IMG/VR virus record: IMGVR_UViG_3300047476_002078
Span: 291,875-355,874 of that record
Direction: 5' to 3' (one strand)
Length of the DNA: 64,000 nt
The translations under genes and the position numbers were made by a program. Shown here piece by piece: positions 35,986 to 46,735 of this stretch (position 1 is its first letter; the number at the start of each line of letters is the position of its first letter). The notes below the pieces were generated by a model. The model was given only the letters and a program-made list of their open reading frames with translations. It did not search any database and was not told the DNA's origin.

Positions 35986-38900
35986 ATGGCTAATTTAAAA
36001 ATATTGAACGGAAAAAATAACTCATTAGAAGACGCAAGACTATTGTTATTTAAAAATAGTCCAAAAACTGTCTGCTTACTTCCTAGTATTTGTAAGGTAG
36101 CTGGAACTACTAAATTTACTTATCTTAAAGGTAGTCAAATAGTTTCTAAATTTCCAAGAAACTCAAACGGTGAGGCGACTTTTGGAAGCACCTTTATAGA
36201 TTTAGAAAAGGGTAATATAAGTGGAGCGTATTCGTCATTCTCTAGTTTTGTTCCGAATATACCTAGCATTGGTAAATCCTTAGCTTGTCACATTTATTTG
36301 AACCTTGATGATGAAATTAGAATTAATTATGGGGTTGAAGGAACTTACAATGAAGTTTTAGATGCCATAAAGAATGGAAGAGAGGACAATCAAGCAGGCT
36401 CTTTAAAAATTTTAGATGAAAACTCTTTAATTTGGATAGTAATATTAAAATCTTCAAATGGTGTAGAAATTGATGAAATCTCAGAATCAGATTTATTTGA
36501 TTTTAGGGGTAAAGATAGTTATAGAAAAATTTCTACGAGAAAAGTTTTTAGTAAAAATAACTCAAGGTCTTTTAGAAATTATATTTTAGATAATGTTTTG
36601 GAAGGTCAAACAGAAATATTTGTTCCAACTAACGAGGTTAAATATTTAGTAGGAGAAAAATTAAAAATAAAAAGTTCCGCTGATATTTCAAGCGTCGTTG
36701 AAGAAGAATTATTTAGTTTAGGTCAAAATTCTTATTCGATAAGACCTACATCTGAGCCTTCTTCTGCTAAGGTATTAAAAAAATCAGATGGGACAAGTTG
36801 GGTTGAAAACACTGATTACTTGATAGGAGATGATTTAACCCAAACACCTTCTTTAGGTAATAAAATATACGGTAGTGCTGACGGAATAACTTTATATCAT
36901 GACAGTTTAGATTTTTTAGTTCATAAAAATTATACAAAATTTATAGCTAGAGATTTAACTGATCTGAGTTTTATACCTGAAAACAGAGAAGTTTCGATAG
37001 ACATTCAAAAAGGTATTTTAAAATTTGGAACAGATATTAATTTTGGTGACGGTCGCCACGGCAATTTAATATTAAATTCAGGAGAGTTTAATATTAATGA
37101 AGACATAAATGGTGTCATTTATAGTCGCAAAAGAAAAGTTTCAAATAATGTATTAAAAAATCAAACGGCAATAAATTACTTAGGGGGTGATATTGAAGTT
37201 CAAGAAGGCGATGTCATTCTAATTTTTACTGCTCAAGTAAATACATTATCAGATTCTTCTCAAATAGGTCAGTATGATTTTTTAAAAGTTAAATCTTCAG
37301 CCTCTAATTATATTGAAGTTGAAGAGAATCTTATATTGAATCGTTTTATAGGTGTAAGCAATTCTTTTTATGGTGAAAATAACCATGTTTTCATCATGAC
37401 TATACCACAATTTGAAAATGTAACTTTAAACAATGCGACTCTTACATGTAGTTCTTACAGTCCTGTGGATGGAGGAGGGATTTTATCTTTTCTTGCTAAA
37501 GGGGTAGTTGAATTTATAGGAGATTCAAAAATTGACGTAACTGGAAAAGGCTATCGAGGAGCCAGTCTAGCTGGCGGAAAAGGAGAAGGGTTTTTATTTG
37601 GTCAATTTAACCAAAAAACAAACACTACTCAAGATTGTGGAGGCGGTGGAGGTTTAGATGGAAGTAATGGTTTAGATTCTAGTGTACCTCAATCTTTTTC
37701 AAATAACGGATTTCAAGTTACGGGAGGAAGAGGCGGTGGCTCTGGTGCTATGGGTGGAGGAGCAGGAGGCGGCGGAGGATATGCTACCGTAGGTGATATT
37801 GGGAAAAGTGGTTCTGCTTCTGGAGCAGGAGGCGGTGGAGGCGGTGCAACATCTATAAATGGATTAACTCCTGTAGGCTCAAGTACAGACGGGGCGATAG
37901 GTGACTCCGCTACTTTAGTGTCAGATATTCCTACTAACGGTCAAAACGGAGGCTCCTTTGGATTTGGTTTAGGAGGAGGATTAAATGTTTCAGGTTCTTC
38001 AGGCTCTATAAACACTGGAACATCTTCTCTTTCAGGTGTTGGAGGTCAATCTATCGGCATACCTGAGCTATCTCAGTTATATTTTGGAGGCGGTGGAGGA
38101 GCCGCAGGCAAAGGTGGAAATGGAGGTTCAGGTCTTCTTTCTGGAGGGATTTCTAGTAATACTCCGGGGTCGGGAGGAAGCGGTGGAGGTGGATTTTTAT
38201 TAGGGCAGAACGGTAGTGATGGAAATGCTATCGGCGGAAATGGTGGGGGTATAGTTTTTCTTCAAGTTAATGCAATTAACAACCCTTTAATTTTGTCTAA
38301 TGGTCAAAATGGAGGAAACGGAGGAAACGGAGGAAATGGAGGTAACGGAGGAAATGGGTTTGTTTCGGGCAGTTCATCTCCTCTCACGGCACAATCTATC
38401 GGTGGAGCAGGAGCAGGTGGAGGCGGTGGAGCAGGTGGAGGCGGTGGAGCAGGAGCAGGTGGAACAATTTTTGTAAATTCTCGCTCAATAAGCACTCCTA
38501 TATTTGATTGTCTTGGAGGCAGTCGAGGCTCAGGAGGACTGTCAGGCAATGGAGGTTCTTCTGGAGTAGGTGCAATTAATAGTTTTGCTTCCGCTGGAGG
38601 TGGAGGGGCAGGTGGAAAAGGGGAATCTGCGGAAACTTTAGAAGGAATAATAGGAGGGGACGGAGCAGATGGAAGAATAAGAATAAACTATTATGCTTTC
38701 AATGGATTTCAGTACCCTGATTCTGGTTCTGGTCAACAAGCTTTAGCGTCAAATCCTTCAGGTTATTTAGGGCAAACTACAGTCTTAGATAATTTTTCAC
38801 CCATAGAGGCTACTTATAATTTTCAAGATTCAAATTCAGACTTTTCATTCCAAAGTGAAAAAATTGAAATCTTAGATATAGTTAATGAAACTTTTGACGT

Positions 38901-39366
38901 ATATGATGCTACAAAAATTATTTTGAAAAATCCTCTTCAAAAAAATTATTCAGTGGCTAATTGTGCTTATATTGAAAAATTGAATACAAATCAATCTCTA
39001 AAGCAGGTAATTTTTAATTCTAGTGGAAAAATTATATTTGATTCAGGAGTAATACCTGCCCAAAAAGGGACTCAGTTTTCTAATTTAAAACATGGTGTGA
39101 ACTTATCCCCATATCAATATAGAATAGTGGTTTTCATATATCCTGATTTGCCGATAAATTTTGGTAAAACTCCTGATTTTTATTTTACTGGACACTTAGC
39201 AAACATGGTTATCAAAAATGGAACAAGTGTCTATGGAGTTTTTGTAGATGTTGGAGAAGAAACATTTAGTTACACCATAGGAAAAGATGGAATTTTATTT
39301 TTTCCAGCGGATACGCTACTTGTTTTAGAAAATGGGTTTATAAGAATACTTTTTATAGAGAATTAA
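35986..39366 (+). CDS. tail-associated paralog 3 with large glycine-rich insertion (1126 aa)
   Basis: Starts MANLKILN; SKFPRN; FGDGRHG...GGILSF...IDVTGKGYRG glycine-rich domain with GGGG/GNG runs; IFDSGV; ends NGFIRIL. Confidence 0.75.
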   Translation: MANLKILNGKNNSLEDARLLLFKNSPKTVCLLPSICKVAGTTKFTYLKGSQIVSKFPRNSNGEATFGSTFIDLEKGNISGAYSSFSSFVPNIPSIGKSLACHIYLNLDDEIRINYGVEGTYNEVLDAIKNGREDNQAGSLKILDENSLIWIVILKSSNGVEIDEISESDLFDFRGKDSYRKISTRKVFSKNNSRSFRNYILDNVLEGQTEIFVPTNEVKYLVGEKLKIKSSADISSVVEEELFSLGQNSYSIRPTSEPSSAKVLKKSDGTSWVENTDYLIGDDLTQTPSLGNKIYGSADGITLYHDSLDFLVHKNYTKFIARDLTDLSFIPENREVSIDIQKGILKFGTDINFGDGRHGNLILNSGEFNINEDINGVIYSRKRKVSNNVLKNQTAINYLGGDIEVQEGDVILIFTAQVNTLSDSSQIGQYDFLKVKSSASNYIEVEENLILNRFIGVSNSFYGENNHVFIMTIPQFENVTLNNATLTCSSYSPVDGGGILSFLAKGVVEFIGDSKIDVTGKGYRGASLAGGKGEGFLFGQFNQKTNTTQDCGGGGGLDGSNGLDSSVPQSFSNNGFQVTGGRGGGSGAMGGGAGGGGGYATVGDIGKSGSASGAGGGGGGATSINGLTPVGSSTDGAIGDSATLVSDIPTNGQNGGSFGFGLGGGLNVSGSSGSINTGTSSLSGVGGQSIGIPELSQLYFGGGGGAAGKGGNGGSGLLSGGISSNTPGSGGSGGGGFLLGQNGSDGNAIGGNGGGIVFLQVNAINNPLILSNGQNGGNGGNGGNGGNGGNGFVSGSSSPLTAQSIGGAGAGGGGGAGGGGGAGAGGTIFVNSRSISTPIFDCLGGSRGSGGLSGNGGSSGVGAINSFASAGGGGAGGKGESAETLEGIIGGDGADGRIRINYYAFNGFQYPDSGSGQQALASNPSGYLGQTTVLDNFSPIEATYNFQDSNSDFSFQSEKIEILDIVNETFDVYDATKIILKNPLQKNYSVANCAYIEKLNTNQSLKQVIFNSSGKIIFDSGVIPAQKGTQFSNLKHGVNLSPYQYRIVVFIYPDLPINFGKTPDFYFTGHLANMVIKNGTSVYGVFVDVGEETFSYTIGKDGILFFPADTLLVLENGFIRILFIEN

Positions 39367-39368
39367 AT

Positions 39369-39542
39369 ATGAATGATGAAGAAAAAGAAAAAATTGAATG
39401 GAAAGAACAAAAACTTCCAAATATCTACAATAAATTAGAAGCTATTTTGTACCAAGCTTCATGGGTAATTCAAAAAGAATTAGAAAGACAAAAAGAAAAA
39501 GCAGAAAATATAAAAAATACGTTAGAAACAACAAGGAAGTAA
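39369..39542 (+). CDS. small coiled-coil protein (57 aa), not in the ORF track
   Basis: MNDEEKEKIEWKEQKLPNIYNKLEAILYQASWVIQKELERQKEKAENIKNTLETTRK; fills the gap exactly, with its TAA abutting the next ATG. Confidence 0.65.
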   Translation: MNDEEKEKIEWKEQKLPNIYNKLEAILYQASWVIQKELERQKEKAENIKNTLETTRK

Positions 39543-41936
39543 ATGGCAAATATTCAATGGGAAACCGGAATTCGGGGAACTTTATTTGAAAGCTATATTG
39601 AACCTTTGGAAAACGCTGCGAGCAGTATTGAAGCTACTCTTTCCCCACTACAAACAATTTTGTCCATAATACAAAGTATATTAAAAATTATTAGAGTTTT
39701 TATTGTAGATGCAAGTTCTTTACTTTTAGCAGTAACAAAAGCTCTAGTTGAAGAAATAACAGCGTTCATAAGAAGTTTGGCTAATGCTGGAATTCATATC
39801 CTTGTTGTCGGACCAGACACATCAAATGCACAAAATTTTGTAAACTCAGTCAGGGGAGGTTTTCAAGGTTTTTTAGATAAAGCTTATAATTCTTTTTTTG
39901 ATGCTTCTGACCCTCAAAGACCTATTTACAATTCAAACACTCCTGTAGGAGGAACAGTCTTAGTAGCTACTTCTGGTAATTTAATGGATTGTATTAATTT
40001 GTTAGCGTTGATAGCCAGAGGTTTCAAAAATATTTACCAGTCTTTATTTGTTCCTCCTGTAATTTATGGAGTTTCTGGAAATAACGTAAATTTAGTGATG
40101 TTTGAAACCGCAGATTTGCCCGGAAATTTATTCAGTTCTTTCAGATACGTTATTCAAAGATCGGAAGTATCTGGGGGTGTTCCTGTAAAAGAGTCTCCTT
40201 CTTCTAATCAAACAAGTAATCAACAAACATTGCCAGAATCTAAAAAAGACTCTTCCACTTATACAGAAGAAACAACTTATGAAACAATTTATGCAGAAAC
40301 ATTTAATGCTTTAGATGTTTTAGTTAGACCCAAACAACTAGCTATAATTGACAAATCTTTAGCTGAAAATATTCTCAGCCCTCAACTTGTTAAAATAGAT
40401 TTAAGTGAAAGAGCAAATGTTAGATTTGGTTCTGTAGTAAGCTCTGAATTTTTATTGGGAAACAATTTAGGTCCATCTCAATTCAATTTATATGACACTG
40501 AAGCAGCCAGATATTTTCTATTTTCTGGTAATTTGAGAACAAAATTTAGTACAGTAGATCAAATAAAAACGAGCGTATCAGATACTTCGGCTGGCTCTGA
40601 TTTTAAATCAAAATATATAGGAAATAATTGGATTGATTTTAGAATAAATGGAATATCAATACCTAATTCAGGAAATGAAAATGACTTATATGTTCAAAGG
40701 TTTGAAGAAGGGGTAGTAACTCTAAGTAAACCTGTTCCTCTAGGTTCAAGAGTCGAAGCATGGACTTATGTACAATCTACTGTCGAAGTTCAGCTTTTAG
40801 CCAATAACTTTAATGCTGGATTTCCTAGTTGGTACACTAAAAAAATAACACCAAATCCATCTACCAGAATAGAAAATGGAAAAACTTATTATTACAGAGT
40901 CCTTATAACAAGTGGAGACGGCGAAACTGTTTTTGCAAAATCTAATGAAATAAGATTAACTCCTAAACTAGACGTTGCTCCTAACTCACAGAGAGCTTAT
41001 TGCGTTAGTTCAAAAAGAGAACCGTTTTTCATAAGTTTAGATAATAATTTTTTAAATTTTAGTGTTGGTGAAGAAAACTTTCAAATAAATCTTAGACCTA
41101 ACAGAAAAAATTTAATAGCTGAGACTAATGAAATTTTTCAAAATTCTTACGGAACTCTACTCAGAAGAGACATAACTTCTTCAGCAAGTTTACCCAATTC
41201 TTCGGATGCTGTTATAGCTGATTTTGCCAATATTTTTTCAGGAAATTCAAATCAAGGTCTTCAGTTTGAATACTTCACTCAAGATGGAATAAGACAAATA
41301 ATTTTACCCGGCGGTCTAATACCTGTTAATGCTGAAAATATAATTTTAGATTTAGAAACTCAATGCAACAATCCTAATGTTAGATTTTCTGTCACAGATG
41401 GAAGAATAATGATTCAAGATGTTTCTGGAACACGTACATCTAAAATAATTTTTAATGAAGACAACACAGCTTTAGGATTTCAAAAAGGTGTTTGCATGTC
41501 AGTAATAGCCGCCGAACCTCCTAACTGGAATAGATATGCCGTTAAAGATTTCATTCCAGTTATTTACGATGTTGCGGAATTAATTGAAAGTTTAGCAAAC
41601 GGACTTATATCTTCACTAGAAACAGGCGTAAAAGCATTAGTAGATTTTATTGATTTGATTTCAATAAAAATAAAAGTTCTTCAAGACTTTTTAAAAAGAA
41701 TAGAAGATTTAACAAATCTTTTAAGAAGTTTTAGAGTCAATTTGCCTAACCTATATGCACTTAGAATACCTATAGTTATGGGTTCTACAGCTTTTGCAGA
41801 AACTATGTACAATGCCACTTTTCCAGAAGGTGCTGAAATCGTCAGTTCTCCTAATGACTTTGCGTGTGGTCTTGTATTTTTAGCAGGAGGAGCAGACGCT
41901 ACAGCGGTAACGCCGTTGCTTCATTCTATCTTATGA
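39543..41936 (+). CDS. putative baseplate/tail-associated protein (helical hydrophobic termini flanking FN3/Ig-like domains)
   Basis: Amphipathic N- and C-terminal helices; ENGKTYYYRV...SNEI FN3 motif; lies before the wedge genes. Confidence 0.55.
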   Translation: MANIQWETGIRGTLFESYIEPLENAASSIEATLSPLQTILSIIQSILKIIRVFIVDASSLLLAVTKALVEEITAFIRSLANAGIHILVVGPDTSNAQNFVNSVRGGFQGFLDKAYNSFFDASDPQRPIYNSNTPVGGTVLVATSGNLMDCINLLALIARGFKNIYQSLFVPPVIYGVSGNNVNLVMFETADLPGNLFSSFRYVIQRSEVSGGVPVKESPSSNQTSNQQTLPESKKDSSTYTEETTYETIYAETFNALDVLVRPKQLAIIDKSLAENILSPQLVKIDLSERANVRFGSVVSSEFLLGNNLGPSQFNLYDTEAARYFLFSGNLRTKFSTVDQIKTSVSDTSAGSDFKSKYIGNNWIDFRINGISIPNSGNENDLYVQRFEEGVVTLSKPVPLGSRVEAWTYVQSTVEVQLLANNFNAGFPSWYTKKITPNPSTRIENGKTYYYRVLITSGDGETVFAKSNEIRLTPKLDVAPNSQRAYCVSSKREPFFISLDNNFLNFSVGEENFQINLRPNRKNLIAETNEIFQNSYGTLLRRDITSSASLPNSSDAVIADFANIFSGNSNQGLQFEYFTQDGIRQIILPGGLIPVNAENIILDLETQCNNPNVRFSVTDGRIMIQDVSGTRTSKIIFNEDNTALGFQKGVCMSVIAAEPPNWNRYAVKDFIPVIYDVAELIESLANGLISSLETGVKALVDFIDLISIKIKVLQDFLKRIEDLTNLLRSFRVNLPNLYALRIPIVMGSTAFAETMYNATFPEGAEIVSSPNDFACGLVFLAGGADATAVTPLLHSIL

Positions 41937-42376
41937 GTTTTAAATTTTTAGGTCATCCCTCAGTTGGAGAAATAGATCAGTTAGAAAATTATCTTAATAT
42001 AAGATATAAAAATATTGATCTTCAAATTGATTCGCTGCAAACGGAAATAGACAATCTTAAAAGCTTTTTATCGAGATTGCAAAGAGCCGAAGGTATATTA
42101 GGCTCTATATATGGAAAAGCTGACGTGGACTATGCTTTATCAAAGTACATCAAGTCTCCTATTGTGAACGAAGACTTATCTTATTTTGAATCACATAAAT
42201 TCGATAGCACCAAAACAGCCTCGATTATTGATTCGCTTTTAAAACCTTGGCAGTCTCATTTAAGAAGGGATGAAAAATTAGAGTATAAAATAAAAAAGAC
42301 TTATTATTTAATAGAGCAAAAAAGTTTTCAATTAAGAGCTTTGAAAGAATTAAAGAATGATTTGAGGGATGTTTAA
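41933..42376 (+). CDS. hypothetical coiled-coil protein
   Basis: Start revised to ATG 41933 (ATGA overlap with the previous stop). Confidence 0.65.
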   Translation: MSFKFLGHPSVGEIDQLENYLNIRYKNIDLQIDSLQTEIDNLKSFLSRLQRAEGILGSIYGKADVDYALSKYIKSPIVNEDLSYFESHKFDSTKTASIIDSLLKPWQSHLRRDEKLEYKIKKTYYLIEQKSFQLRALKELKNDLRDV

Positions 42377-42843
42377 TGTCTTTTTTTAATACGACTGGTA
42401 AAATTACAAATAGTCTATGGGATAAATTAAAGTCTCAAGTATCGAATCAAGAAAATTTTCCAAATATATTGCAAGCTGAGTATCAGTCACTTCAAAGAGA
42501 ACTGCAAAAAATATATGATACTAATTTTGGGTTAAAGATTGAAGGCAGTAATTATTATTTTTTGGTTTTAGCTGTTCATGGTAAAAAAATAGAACCTAAT
42601 AAGATTAATGAAAATTCTAACACAAATAAAAACGCAATATTTTTGGCTAATTATTTTTGGAATTTTGATTCTGGTACAAAGTTAATTTTGAATACTAATA
42701 ATAATAGAAATGTATCAGTAACAATCACAGCATGTTTGGGTAATGGGGCATTTCAAGTAGCAGAAGATTTAGTTTTAGACGTTAAAAATATAAGCTCAGA
42801 AGCTCAAGCTTCTAAACCTTATTTACTATTTGTTAAAGGTTAA
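42376..42843 (+). CDS. hypothetical protein
   Basis: TAATG overlap with the previous gene; 155 aa. Confidence 0.65.
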   Translation: MSFFNTTGKITNSLWDKLKSQVSNQENFPNILQAEYQSLQRELQKIYDTNFGLKIEGSNYYFLVLAVHGKKIEPNKINENSNTNKNAIFLANYFWNFDSGTKLILNTNNNRNVSVTITACLGNGAFQVAEDLVLDVKNISSEAQASKPYLLFVKG

Positions 42844-42848
42844 AATTT

Positions 42849-43616
42849 ATGAGCAGAGAAATAAAAGTAGAAAGAATTTGCGATCATAAAGTAGTAGAAG
42901 ATATAGCTTTTATTGAAAGTGACAGAAGAACTATAAACATAATCAGAGATTTAGCTGTAAGTAAAAGTTTACAAATTAAAAGAAACGGTTTCGTTATTTC
43001 AGAAAATAGCCCTGAATTTGGGTTTAAGGTATTAGAAAATAAAAATTCTAGTCGGAAAAAAATTGAATTAAAGAAAAAACAAAAAAGTTCAGATGATTTT
43101 TTTGAATTAAGTTATACTACCTCTTTAACAGACTGCCCTAAATGCGAAGGTCTTTCTTATTATTTTGATTACGCTGTTGATGAATTAGGAAGGCTTGTTC
43201 TTATAAGCAATGAGGAAAAACTTCTCCAAGATGTTGTTAAGGGAACACTAACAATTAGAGGAACAAATACGTACTATCCTTGGTATGGAACAGTATTAGA
43301 CGCTTTAATTGGCGGTAAAATAACCAATATAGATAATTTAAAATTGTTAATGGCTCAAGACGTTGAAGCTTTATTACAAAATTTAAAAGACCTGCAAGAT
43401 CAACAAGCTTCGTTTCAAGAAGTTTCAGATGAAGAGAGGATAGAGCAATTAATAAGTATAGATGTAAGCCAGCCTGACTTTACCAATCCAACTCTCGTTG
43501 AAATATCAATAATTTTTCGTAATAGAGCCGGAAACATTAGAGATGTTAGAAGGGTTATTGATAAAAACAACCAGATGAAGCTGTATGCCCAAATTCAGGA
43601 TAAATTGAAAATATGA
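42849..43616 (+). CDS. baseplate wedge protein, gp25/GpW-like, with N-terminal extension
   Basis: EEKLLQDVVKGTLT.RG...YPWYGT.L..LIG pattern; directly before the J-like gene; CDH...CPKC. Confidence 0.7.
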   Translation: MSREIKVERICDHKVVEDIAFIESDRRTINIIRDLAVSKSLQIKRNGFVISENSPEFGFKVLENKNSSRKKIELKKKQKSSDDFFELSYTTSLTDCPKCEGLSYYFDYAVDELGRLVLISNEEKLLQDVVKGTLTIRGTNTYYPWYGTVLDALIGGKITNIDNLKLLMAQDVEALLQNLKDLQDQQASFQEVSDEERIEQLISIDVSQPDFTNPTLVEISIIFRNRAGNIRDVRRVIDKNNQMKLYAQIQDKLKI

Positions 43617-46600
43617 GTACACTAAATACACCAAATATAACATTCCCTACTTCTGAGCCTTCCTTCAGTACGAATATTCAGAATATAACAATTTCAGGAA
43701 CTTATGAAATAGGGATTGATTCAATTATTGTCAATCAATCAAGCGGTGGAGTTACTCTTAATGGATTTGGAGGGTGGAGCTATTCTGCCAATCTCTTAGA
43801 AGGTGAAAATAAGTTTGTTGTTCAAGCCGTAAAAGGTACTGCTTTTAGTGGAGCGGATTTTTTAGCTGTCATTTACGACCCTAATTTGATTACAGATTTT
43901 GAAGATATTGTCCCTAACGGGATAAAAATAAGACAACAAAGAGATAGCATCAAAATTAGCGTTCCTGCATCTCAAAACGCAGACTTTATAGGGTTCAATT
44001 TTTATGGGGCTGAAGACATAGGCGGTGGCTCTATAGGATTTACTCTTTTAAATCAATCTCCTGTTAATACTGTTGATTATTTTGAAGACAATAAAACCAC
44101 TCTAAATGAAGAAGTCACTCAAGTAGGAAACATTGTTACTACCGTCACACAACAAAAAGTAGAAAGAATAAGTTACATATCCTATACACATAATAGGCAA
44201 ACACAACCTTTAGGGATAAAACCGATAACTGAAAAAAATCATTACGTCGTTACAAGCGTTTTCTTTGACCCTATAAATAAACAGTTGGTTGAATCAGCTT
44301 ATAGTGAAGAATTAGCTGCTAAACCTGTTGTGATAGACACTCAGATAAAGCAAATAGATCAAAGGACTGAAGGGGATTTTAGAGTTTCTATAATTGACCA
44401 AATATTACAAGCTGATTCCACTTTAGATGTAAAACCGGGAACAGTTCTCAGGGACACTTTTGTTGACCCCGCATCTACACTTTTTTCTCGTATGTTTACA
44501 ATTTTAAGGTTCATGAATACGGCACAATCTTTTTCAACTTTGCTGTCTTTTGATGACCCAGATAGTACAGGTTCTTCGGCTCCTGTTTTAACAACTCCTG
44601 AAAAAAATTCTCTTAGACAAGCTATTTTAATTCCAGAAGATCAAGCATCTTTAGTTCAAGATTTAATTGATGCTGCTTTTGACAAATTAGCGAGCAATGT
44701 TAATAAAACTAGATTACCTGCGAGTCAAGCAACTGGAGAAATAACTGTTTACACCAAAAGAGTTCCAGAAAAAGATAGTATTGTTCAAGCTGGGGCAATA
44801 TGTGAAACATTACCAGATAATATAAATAGAGTTCCTTCAATACGTTTTGAAGTTCTTTCAGGATTTACGTTGAGGCTGTCTGAGTTATCAAGATACTATA
44901 ATCCTACGACTCAAAGGTATGAGTTCAAATTAAATATAAGAGCTTTAGATTCAGGAGATTTAGGTAATGTTGATGCAGGTAAAATAGTAACAGCCGTTAG
45001 TGGCTTCGATTCAATTTTTGGGATAATTAATTCTGTTCCTACTGAGTTCGGTCAAGACAGAGAATCTAACAGTTCGTTAGCAACCAGATCGTTACTAGCT
45101 TTTTTATCAGTTGATTCTGGAACCGAGGCTGGATATTTTTCAAACACTATAGGCATCAAAGGTGTTACAAGAGCCAAGATTATTAAGGCAAAAGACCCAT
45201 TAATGCAGAGAGATTTAGACCCTCTGAGAGAAATTCACACTTATGGAAAAGTGGATATTTATGTTCAAGGTATTCAAAATAGAACGGTAACAGAATCTTT
45301 TGGGTTTTCTTATAGAAAAATTCAAAATGAGCTATTTTACATTCAATCCAGACCTTTTATGCAGTTTAGAGCTACGAACTCTGACGTTTCACCCGAATAT
45401 CCTATTTTCCAAGTTATTGAAGTAAGAAATGTTACTAAAAACAATGTTTATGATTTAACAAATCTAACAATATCAAATGATGGTAATTTAATAGATTTAG
45501 ATGAATCTTTAGAAACAAATCAATTGATTGGTTTATCTATTACAGACGTGATTAGAGTAACGTACATCTACAGAAAATCAGATAATGTTAGATTTTTAAC
45601 ACAACCTGTAGAGAAAATTCTAAGCGTTACAGGTAGTAAATCAGGAGAACTATCTTCAGAAAATTACACCTTAATAAGACAAGATGACCCGTTATTACTT
45701 GGTAGATCGACTTCGGCTAGAGACGAAATAAGATTTAATTTTGCAAATGGTCTTCCTAACGCACAAAAAGAGGTGATCGCAGGAGAACCTTTAGTTTTGG
45801 TAGGTATTTTTCCTCAAGCGTTGAGTCAAGTAGATGTAGATTTAACAACTCTTGAAGTTAAAGACGTATCAAATGTTTTATACGTTTTGAACTTAGACTA
45901 TGAGATTATTCCGGGCGATAATAGAACCCCTCCTCAAATAAAAAGAACTAATAATGGAAATATTCCAGACGGTTCGATTGTTTATCTTTCTTATGAAGCT
46001 GGAGAAATCATGACTGTTGAATATCAAGTAAATGATATTTTAACAGAGGTTCAAGAAGTTATTGATGAGATGAGACATTTGACGGCAGATGTTGTTATAA
46101 AAGCTGCCCAACCTACATTCATAGATATGGATATTACTGTTGTTCTTGAAAGCGGTGCAGATACTATACGTGTAGATAGAAATATTAGAACTAATATTGG
46201 AAATTTTTTAGCAAACACTAAGTTAGGTCAAAACATTTATCAATCAGACATTATAAGTATTATGGAAAACACTAATGGCGTTGATTATGTCGTCGTTCCT
46301 GCTTCAAAAATGGTAAAAACTGACGGAACCCAAGTTATTAGAGAAGTTTTAGCTAATCCTCAATTTGAAATTTATCAAGTAGGTTCAGTAACTTCATATA
46401 GAAGTATCCAAAAATTAGCATCAAAGACGCTTGAGAACGGCGGACCTGAAAACGAATTTAGGGGAATTTTTGAAAACGACTTTTTATTAAATATGAAACA
46501 AACTGACGTAGAAGTTTCTAATGAAGCTGGTTCAGGTTACATTTCATCGGATGGGACTATCATAGTCTCTACTAGAAACGGAAATAACCCAAATCTCAAT

Positions 46601-46732
46601 AAATACACAGTAACATATCTGGCTATTGGTGAGACTGGAGCAAAAGACATTATTTTGTCTTCTGTAGAATACGGTCAAATAGGAACTTTAAATATAACTT
46701 ATGCTAATAACGGCTTAACAATTTCAGGGTAA
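43613..46732 (+). CDS. baseplate J-like (gp6/gp47) wedge protein, enlarged with Ig-like domains
   Basis: KPGTVLRD, R.PASQATG, GNVDAG.I, GQDRESNS.LA.R, GT..GY, GVDYV motifs. Confidence 0.85.
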   Translation: MSTLNTPNITFPTSEPSFSTNIQNITISGTYEIGIDSIIVNQSSGGVTLNGFGGWSYSANLLEGENKFVVQAVKGTAFSGADFLAVIYDPNLITDFEDIVPNGIKIRQQRDSIKISVPASQNADFIGFNFYGAEDIGGGSIGFTLLNQSPVNTVDYFEDNKTTLNEEVTQVGNIVTTVTQQKVERISYISYTHNRQTQPLGIKPITEKNHYVVTSVFFDPINKQLVESAYSEELAAKPVVIDTQIKQIDQRTEGDFRVSIIDQILQADSTLDVKPGTVLRDTFVDPASTLFSRMFTILRFMNTAQSFSTLLSFDDPDSTGSSAPVLTTPEKNSLRQAILIPEDQASLVQDLIDAAFDKLASNVNKTRLPASQATGEITVYTKRVPEKDSIVQAGAICETLPDNINRVPSIRFEVLSGFTLRLSELSRYYNPTTQRYEFKLNIRALDSGDLGNVDAGKIVTAVSGFDSIFGIINSVPTEFGQDRESNSSLATRSLLAFLSVDSGTEAGYFSNTIGIKGVTRAKIIKAKDPLMQRDLDPLREIHTYGKVDIYVQGIQNRTVTESFGFSYRKIQNELFYIQSRPFMQFRATNSDVSPEYPIFQVIEVRNVTKNNVYDLTNLTISNDGNLIDLDESLETNQLIGLSITDVIRVTYIYRKSDNVRFLTQPVEKILSVTGSKSGELSSENYTLIRQDDPLLLGRSTSARDEIRFNFANGLPNAQKEVIAGEPLVLVGIFPQALSQVDVDLTTLEVKDVSNVLYVLNLDYEIIPGDNRTPPQIKRTNNGNIPDGSIVYLSYEAGEIMTVEYQVNDILTEVQEVIDEMRHLTADVVIKAAQPTFIDMDITVVLESGADTIRVDRNIRTNIGNFLANTKLGQNIYQSDIISIMENTNGVDYVVVPASKMVKTDGTQVIREVLANPQFEIYQVGSVTSYRSIQKLASKTLENGGPENEFRGIFENDFLLNMKQTDVEVSNEAGSGYISSDGTIIVSTRNGNNPNLNKYTVTYLAIGETGAKDIILSSVEYGQIGTLNITYANNGLTISG

Positions 46733-46735
46733 GTA

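Noticed and set aside
38304-38549. Pro-rich minus-strand ORF
   Set aside because: Antisense shadow of the Gly-rich (GGA/GGT) region of the 1126-aa protein.
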